Source: an uncultured cyanobacterium (GTDB lineage: Bacteria > Cyanobacteriota > Cyanobacteriia > Cyanobacteriales > Nostocaceae). Taken from it: a stretch of 64,000 bases of DNA. The notes under the pieces were generated by a model, which saw only the letters and a list, made by a program, of their open reading frames with translations, did no database searches and was not told the DNA's origin. Both the position numbers and the translations under genes were made by a program. Location of the stretch: NCBI GenBank assembly GCA_963740315.1, contig CAVUDP010000002.1:1952001-2016000 (forward strand), read 5' to 3'. Within the stretch, counting starts at the first letter, position 1, and each line of letters opens with the position of its first letter. Shown here in pieces: positions 19,877 to 30,531 of the stretch.

Positions 19877-21445
19877 TCAAGTGTTAGTATCTGGTTTTTG
19901 ACTGTCCTCAAAACCCCTAACAATGCGGGATAATTCCGCCTTTTCATCGATACTAACGCGGCTCGGCACTCCACTGATAATTCTTTCGTAATCTTGGAAT
20001 GAATTTTTGATTTGTGGTCCTTCACGAGTAATATTGTATTCGCGAATACCCTTGTCGTGCCAGGAACCGCGCATTTTAAATACGTTGATTGCTCGCGACA
20101 TTTCTCCACGAATTTCTACATACTGTAACAAGATAATCGTGTCGGTGATGGTAGAAATATGAGAATCGGTAATCGAATTTGAACCCAAGAAATGGGCTGT
20201 AGTATTGGTAAAAAAGCCGGTGATTTCTTCTTGTTTGGCGTAACCCGTGACACCAATCACAAATTGTCGGAAGGCATTATTAGAAACTCCTCTGGCTAAA
20301 GCGCTAAGGGAATCTATGGCGATGCGAGAGGGTTTAAATTCAGCAATTTCTGACTTAATAATTTGTAGATGATCCTCTAAACCAGTTGATTCGGGATAAG
20401 CGCAAATAATTTTGAGCAATCCTTTACGCTCTAGTTCCTCAAAATCAATTCCCCACGAAGTGGCGTTACGTGAAAGTTGAGCGCGTGATTCTTCATAGGC
20501 AAATAATATTGAGCGTTCCCCTATATGGCAACCTTCCTGCAAAAATCTGCTGACTAACAGTGTCTTACCCGTACCTGTAGCGCCTGTAGCCAAAATAATT
20601 GAGTCTTTGAAAAATCCACCACCGCACATTTTATCGAGGTGTTTGACTCCCGATGATATGCGGACGTTTGAAGAACGCTGAGTCAATTGCATCGCACTCA
20701 ATGGGAAAATATTTATCCCGCGATCGGTAATTGTAAAAGGATATTCCCCTTTCATATGAGTCGTACCGCGTAATTTGAGAATTTCGATAGTGCGTCTGCG
20801 ACGTTCTCCTTCTAAAACGTTACGAAAAATGATTGCATTGTCCGATACAAATTCCTCTACTCCAAATGTTGCAACAGCGCCGTATTCTTCTCTTCGTTCG
20901 GTTGTCATCAGAGTGGTAACGTTTAAACTTTTCAAACGTGCAACCAAACGAAAAATTTCTCGCCGCACCAATCCGGCAGCTTCATACTGTTGAAATATTG
21001 CTGTTACCGAGTCAATAGAAATCCGTTTTGCCTTGTATTTTGTGATTGCGTATTGCAAGCGTTCTATTAGCCCTGACAAGTCAAAATTACCGATTACTTC
21101 TTGTCCTTCGGGATCGGGAGAAGCATCCAGAATAAATAATTGACCGTCTTCAATTAACTGCTGTAAATCCCAACCAAATATATGAGCATTTTTGATAATA
21201 TCGCTAGGAGATTCTTCAAAAGTTACAAATATTCCTGCTTCTTCTAAGTGAGAAATACCATTATAGAGAAACTGTAGAGAAAATAATGTTTTTCCCGTAC
21301 CAGAGGTACCGCTGACCAAAGTTGTTCTACCTTTAGGCAATCCGCCATGAGTAATATCATCAAAACCCTCTATCAAAGTGTGAATTTTTTCTACACCCTT
21401 CCTTGAAGGCTTGCTGCTCTGTAGCGGTTTTTCTTGCTCGCTCAT
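19877..21445 (-). CDS. kaiC: Circadian clock protein KaiC
   Basis: Two RecA-like domains (GTSGTGKT, GATGTGKT), EE pairs, SITDSHISTITDT phosphosites, KMRGSWHDK. Confidence 0.98.
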   Translation of the reverse strand: MSEQEKPLQSSKPSRKGVEKIHTLIEGFDDITHGGLPKGRTTLVSGTSGTGKTLFSLQFLYNGISHLEEAGIFVTFEESPSDIIKNAHIFGWDLQQLIEDGQLFILDASPDPEGQEVIGNFDLSGLIERLQYAITKYKAKRISIDSVTAIFQQYEAAGLVRREIFRLVARLKSLNVTTLMTTERREEYGAVATFGVEEFVSDNAIIFRNVLEGERRRRTIEILKLRGTTHMKGEYPFTITDRGINIFPLSAMQLTQRSSNVRISSGVKHLDKMCGGGFFKDSIILATGATGTGKTLLVSRFLQEGCHIGERSILFAYEESRAQLSRNATSWGIDFEELERKGLLKIICAYPESTGLEDHLQIIKSEIAEFKPSRIAIDSLSALARGVSNNAFRQFVIGVTGYAKQEEITGFFTNTTAHFLGSNSITDSHISTITDTIILLQYVEIRGEMSRAINVFKMRGSWHDKGIREYNITREGPQIKNSFQDYERIISGVPSRVSIDEKAELSRIVRGFEDSQKPDTNT

Positions 21446-21530
21446 TGCTTATTAATTACAAATAGTAAATTGACTCCGTTTTTTGATAACTAGAGTCCGT
21501 TTATTAACTTCTATATAGTTTACTGGACTA

Positions 21531-21854
21531 CTACTCGAACGAGCTATTTTCTTGTTCGCTTATTTGTGCATCTAATAAATTTAACCCGATCAACACTCTT
21601 TCTTTATCTGAAAGATCCCCAATTATTTTACGAACGGGTGGCGGTAAAATTTTAGACAAAGTTGGTGTAGCTAAGATTTTGTCGTCTTCTGCTTGCTGCG
21701 GATTTTTTTGAACGTCTATAACTTTTAAAGCATAAACTCCTTTAAATTCATGCTCCAAAATTGTTTTGAGCGTTTTGAGCGCCTGTACTGAATTAGGTGT
21801 ATTGCCTGATACATACAGCTTGAGAACGTAAGTTTGACCATCTTGATGGTTCAT
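21531..21854 (-). CDS. kaiB: Circadian clock protein KaiB
   Basis: [34 protein letters not shown]. Confidence 0.97.
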   Translation of the reverse strand: MNHQDGQTYVLKLYVSGNTPNSVQALKTLKTILEHEFKGVYALKVIDVQKNPQQAEDDKILATPTLSKILPPPVRKIIGDLSDKERVLIGLNLLDAQISEQENSSFE

Positions 21855-21958
21855 AGGTCAGCTTCGGTAGAAAATAACGGCTCTTGAGAGGGACGTAAGT
21901 TTTAAACAGTATTTAAACAAGAAATATCTATTTATCTTCTGACAAAGAACAAAAAACA

Positions 21959-22309
21959 TCAAGCCTTAGAAGCATGACGCCGATACAGTTCGCATAAATG
22001 AGCTAGCATATCAATTAACGTCAAACGATAATCAAGTAGCAATGAACTGTAATCGCTTCTGCCTTCTATTTTTAGCTGTTGAGAAAATTCATCTACTAAC
22101 TCCATATGAATTTCAATAATTTGAGGCACGGGAACATTAGCACAAAATATTGAATTAATTAATTTATCTATTTGTTCTTTTATACTTGGATCGTTGGTAA
22201 AGTATTTAATCAGAATCTGACGGTACTCGGATTTTATCTTTTTTAAAATCTCTTTTTTTTGATTCGGATTCATTTGCTCATAAAAGAGCATAATTTCAGA
22301 TTGTGACAT
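21959..22309 (-). CDS. kaiA: Circadian clock protein KaiA (short, C-terminal domain only)
   Basis: IIEIHMELVDEFSQQLKIEGR...LLDYRLTLIDMLAHLCELYR; first gene of kaiABC. Confidence 0.93.
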   Translation of the reverse strand: MSQSEIMLFYEQMNPNQKKEILKKIKSEYRQILIKYFTNDPSIKEQIDKLINSIFCANVPVPQIIEIHMELVDEFSQQLKIEGRSDYSSLLLDYRLTLIDMLAHLCELYRRHASKA

Positions 22310-23118
22310 CTAACTACATATCTAATATTTTCCCTATAACTATCCTGCTGCGATCTATATGCAGGCTTCCTAGATGCTTATCGATTCAAGGCTGCTTAAC
22401 ATATCTCTAACATTTTATGCTCGTAAAGTACTGACTGCTTTCTATAAAAAAACTGTTATTTACAGACATTTTTTTGTCCCAACTTTTAAAACTAGATTAA
22501 ACTATATTAAATAAAATATTATAATGTGTAAATAGGATTTATAAAAAATATTTTATTCTCATCTAAATGTCCAGTTTGTTCCTAAAATTTTGGCATATTT
22601 GTCAATTGAAACCTATTTTATTTCTATTTATTTAATCCTTAAAATGTAGGAAAAGTGAAAACAATTACTTATATATTGCTCATATATAGTATTAATTGTC
22701 TAGGGATAAATTTTAATTTCATCGAAGTTAAAATTTGTAAAGATCGATTGTCACAGTTGCAATGCGAGCGTGAAAGCTTTATGCTTATTTAACAATTACG
22801 AACTATTTAGATATATATTTTGTTAGTAAACGGCAGAATTAAGATAGATAAAGGAAGATGAAAAAACCTTAGTAATTTGAATCATTATAATTACTAAAGA
22901 TTTTTCCGGTAATTTTCAAGTAATAATTGATTTAATGGCTGCTATCGATGCAAAGAGTGCGAACTCTAAAAGGACGCTTGTAAAAGCCTCCCAAATACAT
23001 CTTTAGTAGCAGAAGGGAGAAACCGCCGCACGAACAGCTCTTGAAAGACAAGTAGGTTCCGGCGAAGTCAAGATTCATTGCTTACATCAAGCAACGATCG
23101 GTTCAAAATCGCCCTGTA

Positions 23119-26100
23119 ATGTCGCAGCCCCCTAAAAGGCACGAAACAAGCAGTGAGTTAGTGATGCCGGATGCTTCTATCAGGAAGAATAACTCCAGAA
23201 GGCATATGTCAATCAAAGATTACCCACTTTACGAGTTTATTACTAGAGTACCCAGTTGCAACGAAACTACTTCTCTGATGGAAATGCTGTCTCTTTTTGA
23301 GCAAGAACACCATTCTCAGCAGTTAATAGTACATGACGAGCAACAAGTTCCTCTAGGATTGCTTAGTTCAACGAACCTGCTAGCGCAAATTATTTATGGA
23401 AAACAGGACGAGCTAGGAAACACGCATAAATTTGATTGGGAACAACCAATCTCTTGTTTGGAGGCGGACTATTACCAGCCAATCCAAATCTTAAGTTGTT
23501 CTTTAAGTTTAGAGCAATTTGGCGACAAAATGCGCTCTCTTCAATTGCCAGCACAATGTCCAAATTGGGTGCTGGTAGATCGTGATTGTAAATTTTTAGG
23601 GCTTTTAGATAGCTCTAAATTATTGCGTACTTTAGCGTTATCCGAATATAAAAATGAAAGTGTAGCCATAACTTCGGGACATCAAAAAACGGAATATCAA
23701 CAAGTGGGCAACGGAATCTCAGTTGTTTCTTCAGTTATTTCTAATACCAGGAGAACCAACACTCATTTTGATAATGCTGAAGTTATTAGCTATGTGGATG
23801 CTAAACGTAAAATTCACAAGCGCAAGCTCAAGAATAAAAAGGATAAGAAGGATAAAAGCCAATTAGAGTACAAATATGCGGCGCAATTACTTGAAGGGCT
23901 TCCTTGGGCGCTAATGTTAGAAACAGATACTAAAGAAGTAGTATCGCAAAATCAGCTTTGGTACGAACAGTTTGGAGAATTAAAAGATCCAAAAGGGTTT
24001 AAGGAACTTTGGGAAAATACCATTGAAGGGAATTTAATATCACACTCAGATACTATGAATCCCGAATTCAGACAGCAACCGGGAACTTCGCTGTTAAATC
24101 GCTGTTTTATAGATAGCGAACCTGGTAGTTGTGTCTGTGTTGTAGAAATGCTTGATGGACAAGAAAGAGTTTGGCGATTTGCTAAAATTCCGTTAGATAT
24201 AAATACGGCGAACATTCCCGAATTCGGTAATGAAGCAACGTTGAATGGGGAATTAAGTCAGGAAAATGGAAAAGTCTGGCTAGTTTTAGCTACCGATATT
24301 ACCGAACAGCAGCAATTAACTCAAGAATTAGCGGCAAAAAATGCCGATTTAATCCAGCTTAATCGTTTAAAAGATGAATTTTTAGCTTGTATTAGTCACG
24401 AATTAAAAACACCTTTAACAGCAGTATTGGGATTATCCCGCTTGCTATCCGACCAGCAGTTAGGCAAACTTAATGATAGACAAGCCCGGTACGCTCAACT
24501 AATTCATCAAAGTGGTCGTCATTTGATGAGCGTGGTTAACGATATTTTAGATTTAACCCGCATGGAAACAGGTCAAATGACGCTGACTCATGGCACGGTG
24601 AATATCAGAAACGTTTGTGATCGCGCATTGAAAGAAGCGAAAGCAATTCACGCTCAAACTACCTCTTCCCAAGCAGCGGATTTAGACAAAGACTATCAAT
24701 TTAGCCTTGATATTGAGGTAGGTTTAGAAGAAATTGTTGCTGACGAATTGCGTTTGCGTCAAATGTTAATACATCTGCTTTCCAACGCCTTTAAGTTTAC
24801 CTCTTGTGGTGGTGAAATTGGTTTGCAGATAAATTGTTGGGAAGGTTGGATTGCTTTTAACGTTTGGGATACGGGTATTGGGATTGCCGAGAGCCAACAA
24901 CATTTGATATTTCAAAAGTTTCAGCAATTAGAAAATCCCATGACTCGCCAACATGAAGGTACGGGTTTGGGGTTAGTATTAACCAGAGCTTTAGCTCGAC
25001 TTCATGGTGGTGATGTAAGTTTCTTATCGCGAGAAGGTTCGGGAAGCCAGTTTACGCTGTTGTTACCGCCATCTCCTCCTCATAAAATGGTTGGGGAAAT
25101 TGGTTTAAGCGGTACCGAAGGATATTTACAAAAATCCGAGCAACTTACAGAAGATACCGTATGGAACACGTCCCCTTCCCTAAAAGAATTACCATTAGAG
25201 AATATTCCCCTTTCTTCAAATAATATTAAATCGTCTAGCAATCAAGATTCTATTCCGAAGCTACAAACCGCGAGCAACATGGTGCTAGTTGTAGAAACAG
25301 TAGCTCGATATATAGATGATTTTACGACGCATTTAAGTGCTTTAGGATATCGAGTTGTAATTGCTCGATCGGGGTGCGAAGCCTTAGAAAAAGCCCGGAG
25401 ACTGCAACCCAAAGCTATTTTTATCAATCCTTTACTACCTTTACTTTCGGGTTGGGATGTATTGACATTGATCAAAGCTGATGCTGCAACTCGCGATATT
25501 CCGGCGATCGTCACGGCTAGTGCAGCGGAAAAAGAACAAGCATTTAGCAAACGCGCCGATTATTTCCTGAATTTACCCGTTACTTATCAAGCATTGGCGG
25601 GGTTACTCGCAAAGTTATCTGAATCGGAAGCAAAGCCAGATGCACAGAAGATTTACAAAACCGCCGAAACACAAACCCCACTGCGGATATTGAGATTAGT
25701 TGAACCCGAAGTAGAATCATTAAGTTATCATCCATCTTTAGGAAAACATCGAGTCATAGAAGTGGATGACTTAGAACAAGCACAACTTTTAGCTCGTGTT
25801 TGGAATTTCGATGTAACTTTGTTAGATGTAGAAATGCCTCTTGCTAAGATTTACTTAAAACAGATCGTTCAAAGCAAGACTTTAGCAGCTTTACCTTTAG
25901 TAACTCGCAGCGTAGAAACCACACAAGCAGCATCACAAATCGGTCAACTATCAGTATTTCCTTGTTTAACTCAATTAGGCAAAAACAACAGAATTGACAA
26001 AGAAAAAGCACCTACTTTATTATCAGTACTGCAAATCGCTGCTGGTGTATGCTGTCCGCCAAATATTTTAGTTGTAGATTTAACCATACTACCGGATTTA

Positions 26101-26577
26101 CCTGAAGCAATAGTTAACTGCAACAGGGATAACACAAAAGTTCGTTCAGTAAAGCCATGCAGCGCCAAAATTCCTTGTCCCTTAAATAACGAACACCAAA
26201 CTCTTCCAACAGAATGGTTTCAAGCTTTGGTTCAATACCTACAAACAGCAGGTTTCAAAGCAGCCATGTGTAACACTTGGGAAGAACTGTTACAACAATT
26301 ACGTCACGAAAGTGTAGATTTACTATTAATTTGTTTGGAAGAATCTACCATCGAATTAAAAGTTGAATCGGTAATATCCGCATTAGAACAAATGGCTTTG
26401 GATTTACCACCGTTGCTATTACTCGATCGCCGATTAAATTCCAATAAAGTAGAATTAGAACAAATTGAAACGAATGAAATAATTTCCGAAACCATAACAA
26501 CCCAAGTTTTACCTCGTTCAATTTCGATGGAAAACTTGTTAAATCTGATTAATCAAGCTTTATCAATTAAGAATTAA
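23119..26577 (+). CDS. Hybrid sensor histidine kinase with N-terminal CBS-like region and degenerate receiver domains (likely start ATG 23206)
   Basis: FLACISHELKTPL H-box, LLSNAFKFT, DTGIGI, GTGLGL; receiver-like segments such as VLVVE...LSGWDVL; divergent from kaiA. Confidence 0.9.
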   Translation: MSQPPKRHETSSELVMPDASIRKNNSRRHMSIKDYPLYEFITRVPSCNETTSLMEMLSLFEQEHHSQQLIVHDEQQVPLGLLSSTNLLAQIIYGKQDELGNTHKFDWEQPISCLEADYYQPIQILSCSLSLEQFGDKMRSLQLPAQCPNWVLVDRDCKFLGLLDSSKLLRTLALSEYKNESVAITSGHQKTEYQQVGNGISVVSSVISNTRRTNTHFDNAEVISYVDAKRKIHKRKLKNKKDKKDKSQLEYKYAAQLLEGLPWALMLETDTKEVVSQNQLWYEQFGELKDPKGFKELWENTIEGNLISHSDTMNPEFRQQPGTSLLNRCFIDSEPGSCVCVVEMLDGQERVWRFAKIPLDINTANIPEFGNEATLNGELSQENGKVWLVLATDITEQQQLTQELAAKNADLIQLNRLKDEFLACISHELKTPLTAVLGLSRLLSDQQLGKLNDRQARYAQLIHQSGRHLMSVVNDILDLTRMETGQMTLTHGTVNIRNVCDRALKEAKAIHAQTTSSQAADLDKDYQFSLDIEVGLEEIVADELRLRQMLIHLLSNAFKFTSCGGEIGLQINCWEGWIAFNVWDTGIGIAESQQHLIFQKFQQLENPMTRQHEGTGLGLVLTRALARLHGGDVSFLSREGSGSQFTLLLPPSPPHKMVGEIGLSGTEGYLQKSEQLTEDTVWNTSPSLKELPLENIPLSSNNIKSSSNQDSIPKLQTASNMVLVVETVARYIDDFTTHLSALGYRVVIARSGCEALEKARRLQPKAIFINPLLPLLSGWDVLTLIKADAATRDIPAIVTASAAEKEQAFSKRADYFLNLPVTYQALAGLLAKLSESEAKPDAQKIYKTAETQTPLRILRLVEPEVESLSYHPSLGKHRVIEVDDLEQAQLLARVWNFDVTLLDVEMPLAKIYLKQIVQSKTLAALPLVTRSVETTQAASQIGQLSVFPCLTQLGKNNRIDKEKAPTLLSVLQIAAGVCCPPNILVVDLTILPDLPEAIVNCNRDNTKVRSVKPCSAKIPCPLNNEHQTLPTEWFQALVQYLQTAGFKAAMCNTWEELLQQLRHESVDLLLICLEESTIELKVESVISALEQMALDLPPLLLLDRRLNSNKVELEQIETNEIISETITTQVLPRSISMENLLNLINQALSIKN

Positions 26578-26739
26578 AAATTATCAGTTGGGTATGGGGC
26601 ATGGGTATTTATTCCACTGGGTTATTCAGCATTTTTTACGTTAATTTTTCCTTTTAAAAAGTTAGAAAGCTGGCTATATAGTTATTTCAATTAATTTTCT
26701 TAGTGCGAGCCGGAAAGTTCGCCATTATCAATCATCTTG

Positions 26740-26818
26740 CTAGTAGTTGATTGGATTAAATTTGATGGGTTAGTTTTCTCGTAAATGTCGGGAGACGTAG
26801 CAGTGCTACGTCTCTACA
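26740..26818. repeat. Dispersed repeat ending in gagacgt...acgtctctac palindrome
   Basis: Similar segment at ~32660-32738; core palindrome also at 5773-5798. Confidence 0.65.
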
Positions 26819-26858
26819 ACCCGTCCGAATTAATGAAAATGTTCGCTCTTTTAGATTG

Positions 26859-28658
26859 TTAATTAATTTTGACTCGAATTAAACTATAAGCTTGTTTTTC
26901 GGATAATTTTTCATATTCAGTTGGTTGCAATCCCATCTCAGGAAACCTTTTGGGTTCTGCTAAAATTAGTACTGAATCCGATTTTGCTTGCAACATTTGA
27001 ATATAATCTGTTGCTTGCGCGTTGCTCTTAATATAATTAATTTTACGTTGAGTGTAAAAAGCAACGCTGGGTTTTTTAAACCCAACCATGATTATTTCTT
27101 CTCCAGGTTTCTCTACCTGTACGGCTAATTGAGATAATTGCTTTAAAGGTAGCTGACGACTAGCATCCGACACGGATATAGCTGGAGTCAAAACTAATAC
27201 CATGAATGCTGTAAACGCTAATAAATTTATACAGATTAAATGTAAATAACGGCGACGTATTAAGAAAATTGCAATTATTACAGCAGCAGCCAGCCAAATT
27301 ATGCCACCCAAAACTGGTAAATCAGACCTTTGCAACATCTGTGGAAAATTTGGTGCTGCGGGGTCGTAACCGATTAAACTACTAACACGGAAAAATGTAA
27401 ATCCTACTGCTGAGGTAACGATCGCGTTTATCCAGCCACTTGCCTGCATCAAAGGTGAAGAGAGTAACACCGGAGGTAATGAGGAATTAGAAACTGTTCT
27501 AACCTGGGTTCCCGTATCCATTATCAAATCACTCCATAACAGCGCTATCAAAATACCAGCGGCAGGCATTAACGGTAATACATAGCTGGGAAGCTTGGTA
27601 ACGGCGATGGTAAAAAAGCTAAAAATACCAACAAACCAACATAAAGCAAATAAACCAAGTTGTTGAGAACGTTGTGTAGATATCCAGGATTTACGCTGCC
27701 AAAACTTTAGTCGTAGCATTGCCATAGGTAAGTAAACCGAGTAAGGAGCAAAACCCACCGCTACAACGATAAAGTAGAAAAACCACGGAGCCGAATGTCC
27801 GTTGACAACTTCTGTAAAGCGTTCGACGTTATGTAAACCAAAAAAGGAATCAATAAAATTCCAACCATTGCGCCAAGTTACTAATACATACCAAGGAAGT
27901 GATACGGCGCAAATAACGAGCATACCTCGAATTAATTTGATTTCTCGCACTACTTGCCAAAAACTTCCTAGATAAACCAAAAATAGCAAAATAATAAAAC
28001 CAGGTAAGACAATACCTACTGGTCCTTTAGTTAAAATAGCTAAGCCAATTAATACATAAAAAGCAAAATACCACCGTGCTTTTACCGGAGATTCAGGTGG
28101 TTGGGCATATCCTTGGAAAAAGCATAATAAAGCCGATGTCATACATCCGTTCAGCAGCATATCTGAAACACCCTGCCGACCCCAAGCAATCATTTCCGGG
28201 TTTAAGGCTATTACAGCAGCGCCCAAACCAGCAGTTAACCAGCGCCGAAAAGGACGGTAGACCCCTTCCAAATCGTCCATTTTCGCTTGATAAGAATACA
28301 GACTATAAAACGCCAAACTAATCAAACCAAAAGCCGCGATCGCAGAAGGTAAACGCACCGCCCATTCATTCACCCCAAAAATGATGTAAGCTATTGCCTG
28401 ACACCAGTAAATCAAAGCGGGTTTATCGAAACGAGTTTCCCCATTGAAATAAGGCGTAATCCAATCACCCGTAACATACATTTGCCTCGAAGCTTCTGCA
28501 AACAGCGGCTCAGTCTCATCAATTAAGCTAAAATTTCCCAAATGCCAAAAAAAAGCTATCCCCGCTACTATTGTTAACCATAAAATTGATAGCATCACAG
28601 CCAGAACCGGACGCTTTTCCATATTCTTCCACCAATGCTTAGAAACACTTTGAGTCAT
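26859..28658 (-). CDS. ArnT/PMT-family membrane glycosyltransferase
   Basis: DETEPLFAEASRQM, RFDKPALIYW, EWAVRLPSA, LTKGPVG, TKLPSYVLP; many TM helices. Confidence 0.9.
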   Translation of the reverse strand: MTQSVSKHWWKNMEKRPVLAVMLSILWLTIVAGIAFFWHLGNFSLIDETEPLFAEASRQMYVTGDWITPYFNGETRFDKPALIYWCQAIAYIIFGVNEWAVRLPSAIAAFGLISLAFYSLYSYQAKMDDLEGVYRPFRRWLTAGLGAAVIALNPEMIAWGRQGVSDMLLNGCMTSALLCFFQGYAQPPESPVKARWYFAFYVLIGLAILTKGPVGIVLPGFIILLFLVYLGSFWQVVREIKLIRGMLVICAVSLPWYVLVTWRNGWNFIDSFFGLHNVERFTEVVNGHSAPWFFYFIVVAVGFAPYSVYLPMAMLRLKFWQRKSWISTQRSQQLGLFALCWFVGIFSFFTIAVTKLPSYVLPLMPAAGILIALLWSDLIMDTGTQVRTVSNSSLPPVLLSSPLMQASGWINAIVTSAVGFTFFRVSSLIGYDPAAPNFPQMLQRSDLPVLGGIIWLAAAVIIAIFLIRRRYLHLICINLLAFTAFMVLVLTPAISVSDASRQLPLKQLSQLAVQVEKPGEEIIMVGFKKPSVAFYTQRKINYIKSNAQATDYIQMLQAKSDSVLILAEPKRFPEMGLQPTEYEKLSEKQAYSLIRVKIN

Positions 28659-28776
28659 TAGTTTATAATCAGTGGGACACTAGTATTAGTCATCAGTAAC
28701 AGGTAGTTAGTCAATAGTAAAAGACAACACTACTCCAGATTAAAATGACTGTGACAAATATACTCGGTTCCAAGAG

Positions 28777-29113
28777 AGGTGGGGAGAGGGGAGATGGGGA
28801 GATGGGGAGGTGGGGAGTACTTCGACAAGTCTTACAGTGAGCTACGTCGAACTGCTCAGTAACCTTTGGGGAGATGGGGAGATGGGGAGAGGGGGAGATG
28901 GGGAGATGGGGAGAGGGGGAGATGGGGAGATGGGGAGATGGGGAGATGGGGAGATGGGGAGATGGGGAGATGGGGAGATGGGGAGATGGGGAGATGGGGA
29001 GATGGGGAGATGGGGAGATGGGGAGATGGGGAGATGGGGAGATGGGGAGATGGGGAGATGGGGAGATGGGGAGATGGGGAGATGGGGAGATGGGGAGATG
29101 GGGAGATGGGGAG
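28777..29113. repeat. Long GGGAGATG octamer array (~30 contiguous units) with a REP-like insert at 28817-28866
   Basis: Direct observation; the insert reads cttcgacaag...gtcgaactgctcagt. Confidence 0.95.
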
Positions 29114-29121
29114 ACAATTCT

Positions 29122-29212
29122 TAACAACTATCAACTAACAACTAACAACTATCAACTATCAACTATCAACTATCAACTAACAACTATCAACTAACAACTA
29201 TCAACTAACAAC
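29122..29212. repeat. Heptamer tandem repeat (CAACTAT/CAACTAA)
   Basis: About 13 units directly upstream of the DUF565 start codon. Confidence 0.9.
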
Positions 29213-29215
29213 GAA

Positions 29216-29548
29216 ATGCAAAACACTCGCTTAAACTCTCTATTCGATTTAACTGTCAGAAACCTAGCGCTATGGTTTCTCAATCCTTGGCGGAGAATAT
29301 CGCTGCTGATTATCAGTTTTTTGTTTGGCGTTTTTATGGGAACGGTAGCCGCGACTACAGCAGGACAAAGAGCTGTGTTGGATGTTGTTGTAGCTGCATT
29401 TTTAGTTTTCTTAACTGAAGTTAGCAGTCGAATAGTTTACAGACGACCTCCAAGGCTAAAGAGAAAGCTTTGGGTAGAATCACTTAATCTTTTTAAAGTT
29501 GGTTTTATTTATAGCTTATTTATAGAAGCGTTTAAACTTGGTTCGTGA
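29216..29548 (+). CDS. DUF565 / Ycf20-like protein
   Basis: MQNTRL...NPWRR.SL...FK.G..Y.LF.EAFKLGS. Confidence 0.88.
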   Translation: MQNTRLNSLFDLTVRNLALWFLNPWRRISLLIISFLFGVFMGTVAATTAGQRAVLDVVVAAFLVFLTEVSSRIVYRRPPRLKRKLWVESLNLFKVGFIYSLFIEAFKLGS

Positions 29549-29623
29549 CTATCCCCAATGCCCATTCACGCGGCTAGCGAAGCGTACCGTAGGTATTGCG
29601 TGCGGGCGTACCCCAATGCCCAA

Positions 29624-30298
29624 TCATCGATCGAATTGCACCGTCATTTGAGCAACCTTCATATCTAAAGGTTCCCAATTCGGATTAGTTGAAGATAATA
29701 CGCGATCGCCTGTTACGACTTGATACTGCTGTTGGTTTTTTTGCAAAGCATTTTCGTCGGCAGAAAGTCTCAAAGAAAGTTTTCCTTGATATTCAGATAA
29801 TTTAGTAGCTTCTAAATTAATAATAAATCCGCCATAATCCCAACCTAATCCAGTTATTTTAAACTCACCTAATTCTTGGCGCAATTTATCAAAAGAAGTG
29901 CCGACACCGATACCTTGTGGAGTCTTCCAAGCAGAACCTAAATCTCCAACGTATAATAATTTTTGCCGAGTCTCTTCTTCCCAAGCAACTGTAAAATCTT
30001 TGTTTTCACCCAAGTTTACTTTAGTAACTGGAACTGAGATTGTTCCTTCAGCTTCTAAAACAACGTCATCTTTAAGCTTAGATTCACCAAACATTTTTAC
30101 TAAATCGGCGCGAGTTGTTTTTGCAGTTACCGCACCAACGCTCTTGCCTGGAATTATTAAAGTATCTTCTAATGTCTCAGTTTTGGATTCAGGTGAAGAA
30201 GTATTTTGGGAAATATTATTTTGTACTGAATTACTAGCAGAACAACCTACGATTAAAGTCAAAATAGTAACGGCAGCAATTTTTTTAATTGAAACCAT
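29624..30298 (-). CDS. Hypothetical lipoprotein
   Basis: Signal peptide with lipobox IVGC; IIPGKSVG, TPQGIGVG, GLGWDYGG motifs. Confidence 0.75.
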   Translation of the reverse strand: MVSIKKIAAVTILTLIVGCSASNSVQNNISQNTSSPESKTETLEDTLIIPGKSVGAVTAKTTRADLVKMFGESKLKDDVVLEAEGTISVPVTKVNLGENKDFTVAWEEETRQKLLYVGDLGSAWKTPQGIGVGTSFDKLRQELGEFKITGLGWDYGGFIINLEATKLSEYQGKLSLRLSADENALQKNQQQYQVVTGDRVLSSTNPNWEPLDMKVAQMTVQFDR

Positions 30299-30531
30299 TT
30301 TATATACCTCAAATATAATTAGCTCAGGATGACGAATAATATTTTATACTTGTTTTCTCTCCTGTGCCAATATGAGGATAAGTTCCCTGGCATCGTAATT
30401 TATCTCTTAACTTGCACATTCTAAAACCCTTATCTAATAATAATTTGAGGCTTAAAACAAAATGTGTTAGTTTTATTTTTTTAGCTTAAATTTCGTTTAT
30501 TTTATTCAGCCTATCCCAAAAAAATCACTCT

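Noticed and set aside
21959..22309. kaiA as a truncated pseudogene
   Set aside because: C-terminal-only KaiA is established for Nostocales.
23040..23100. Glutamine (glnA) riboswitch
   Set aside because: Only scattered similarity (aagtagg, gcaacg); the expected three-way junction could not be built.
28711..29194. SPHLPI / GRWGDGEM repeat ORFs (also 8012-8360, 16132-16391, 44169-44390, 57706-58063)
   Set aside because: Artefacts of stop-free octamer repeats.
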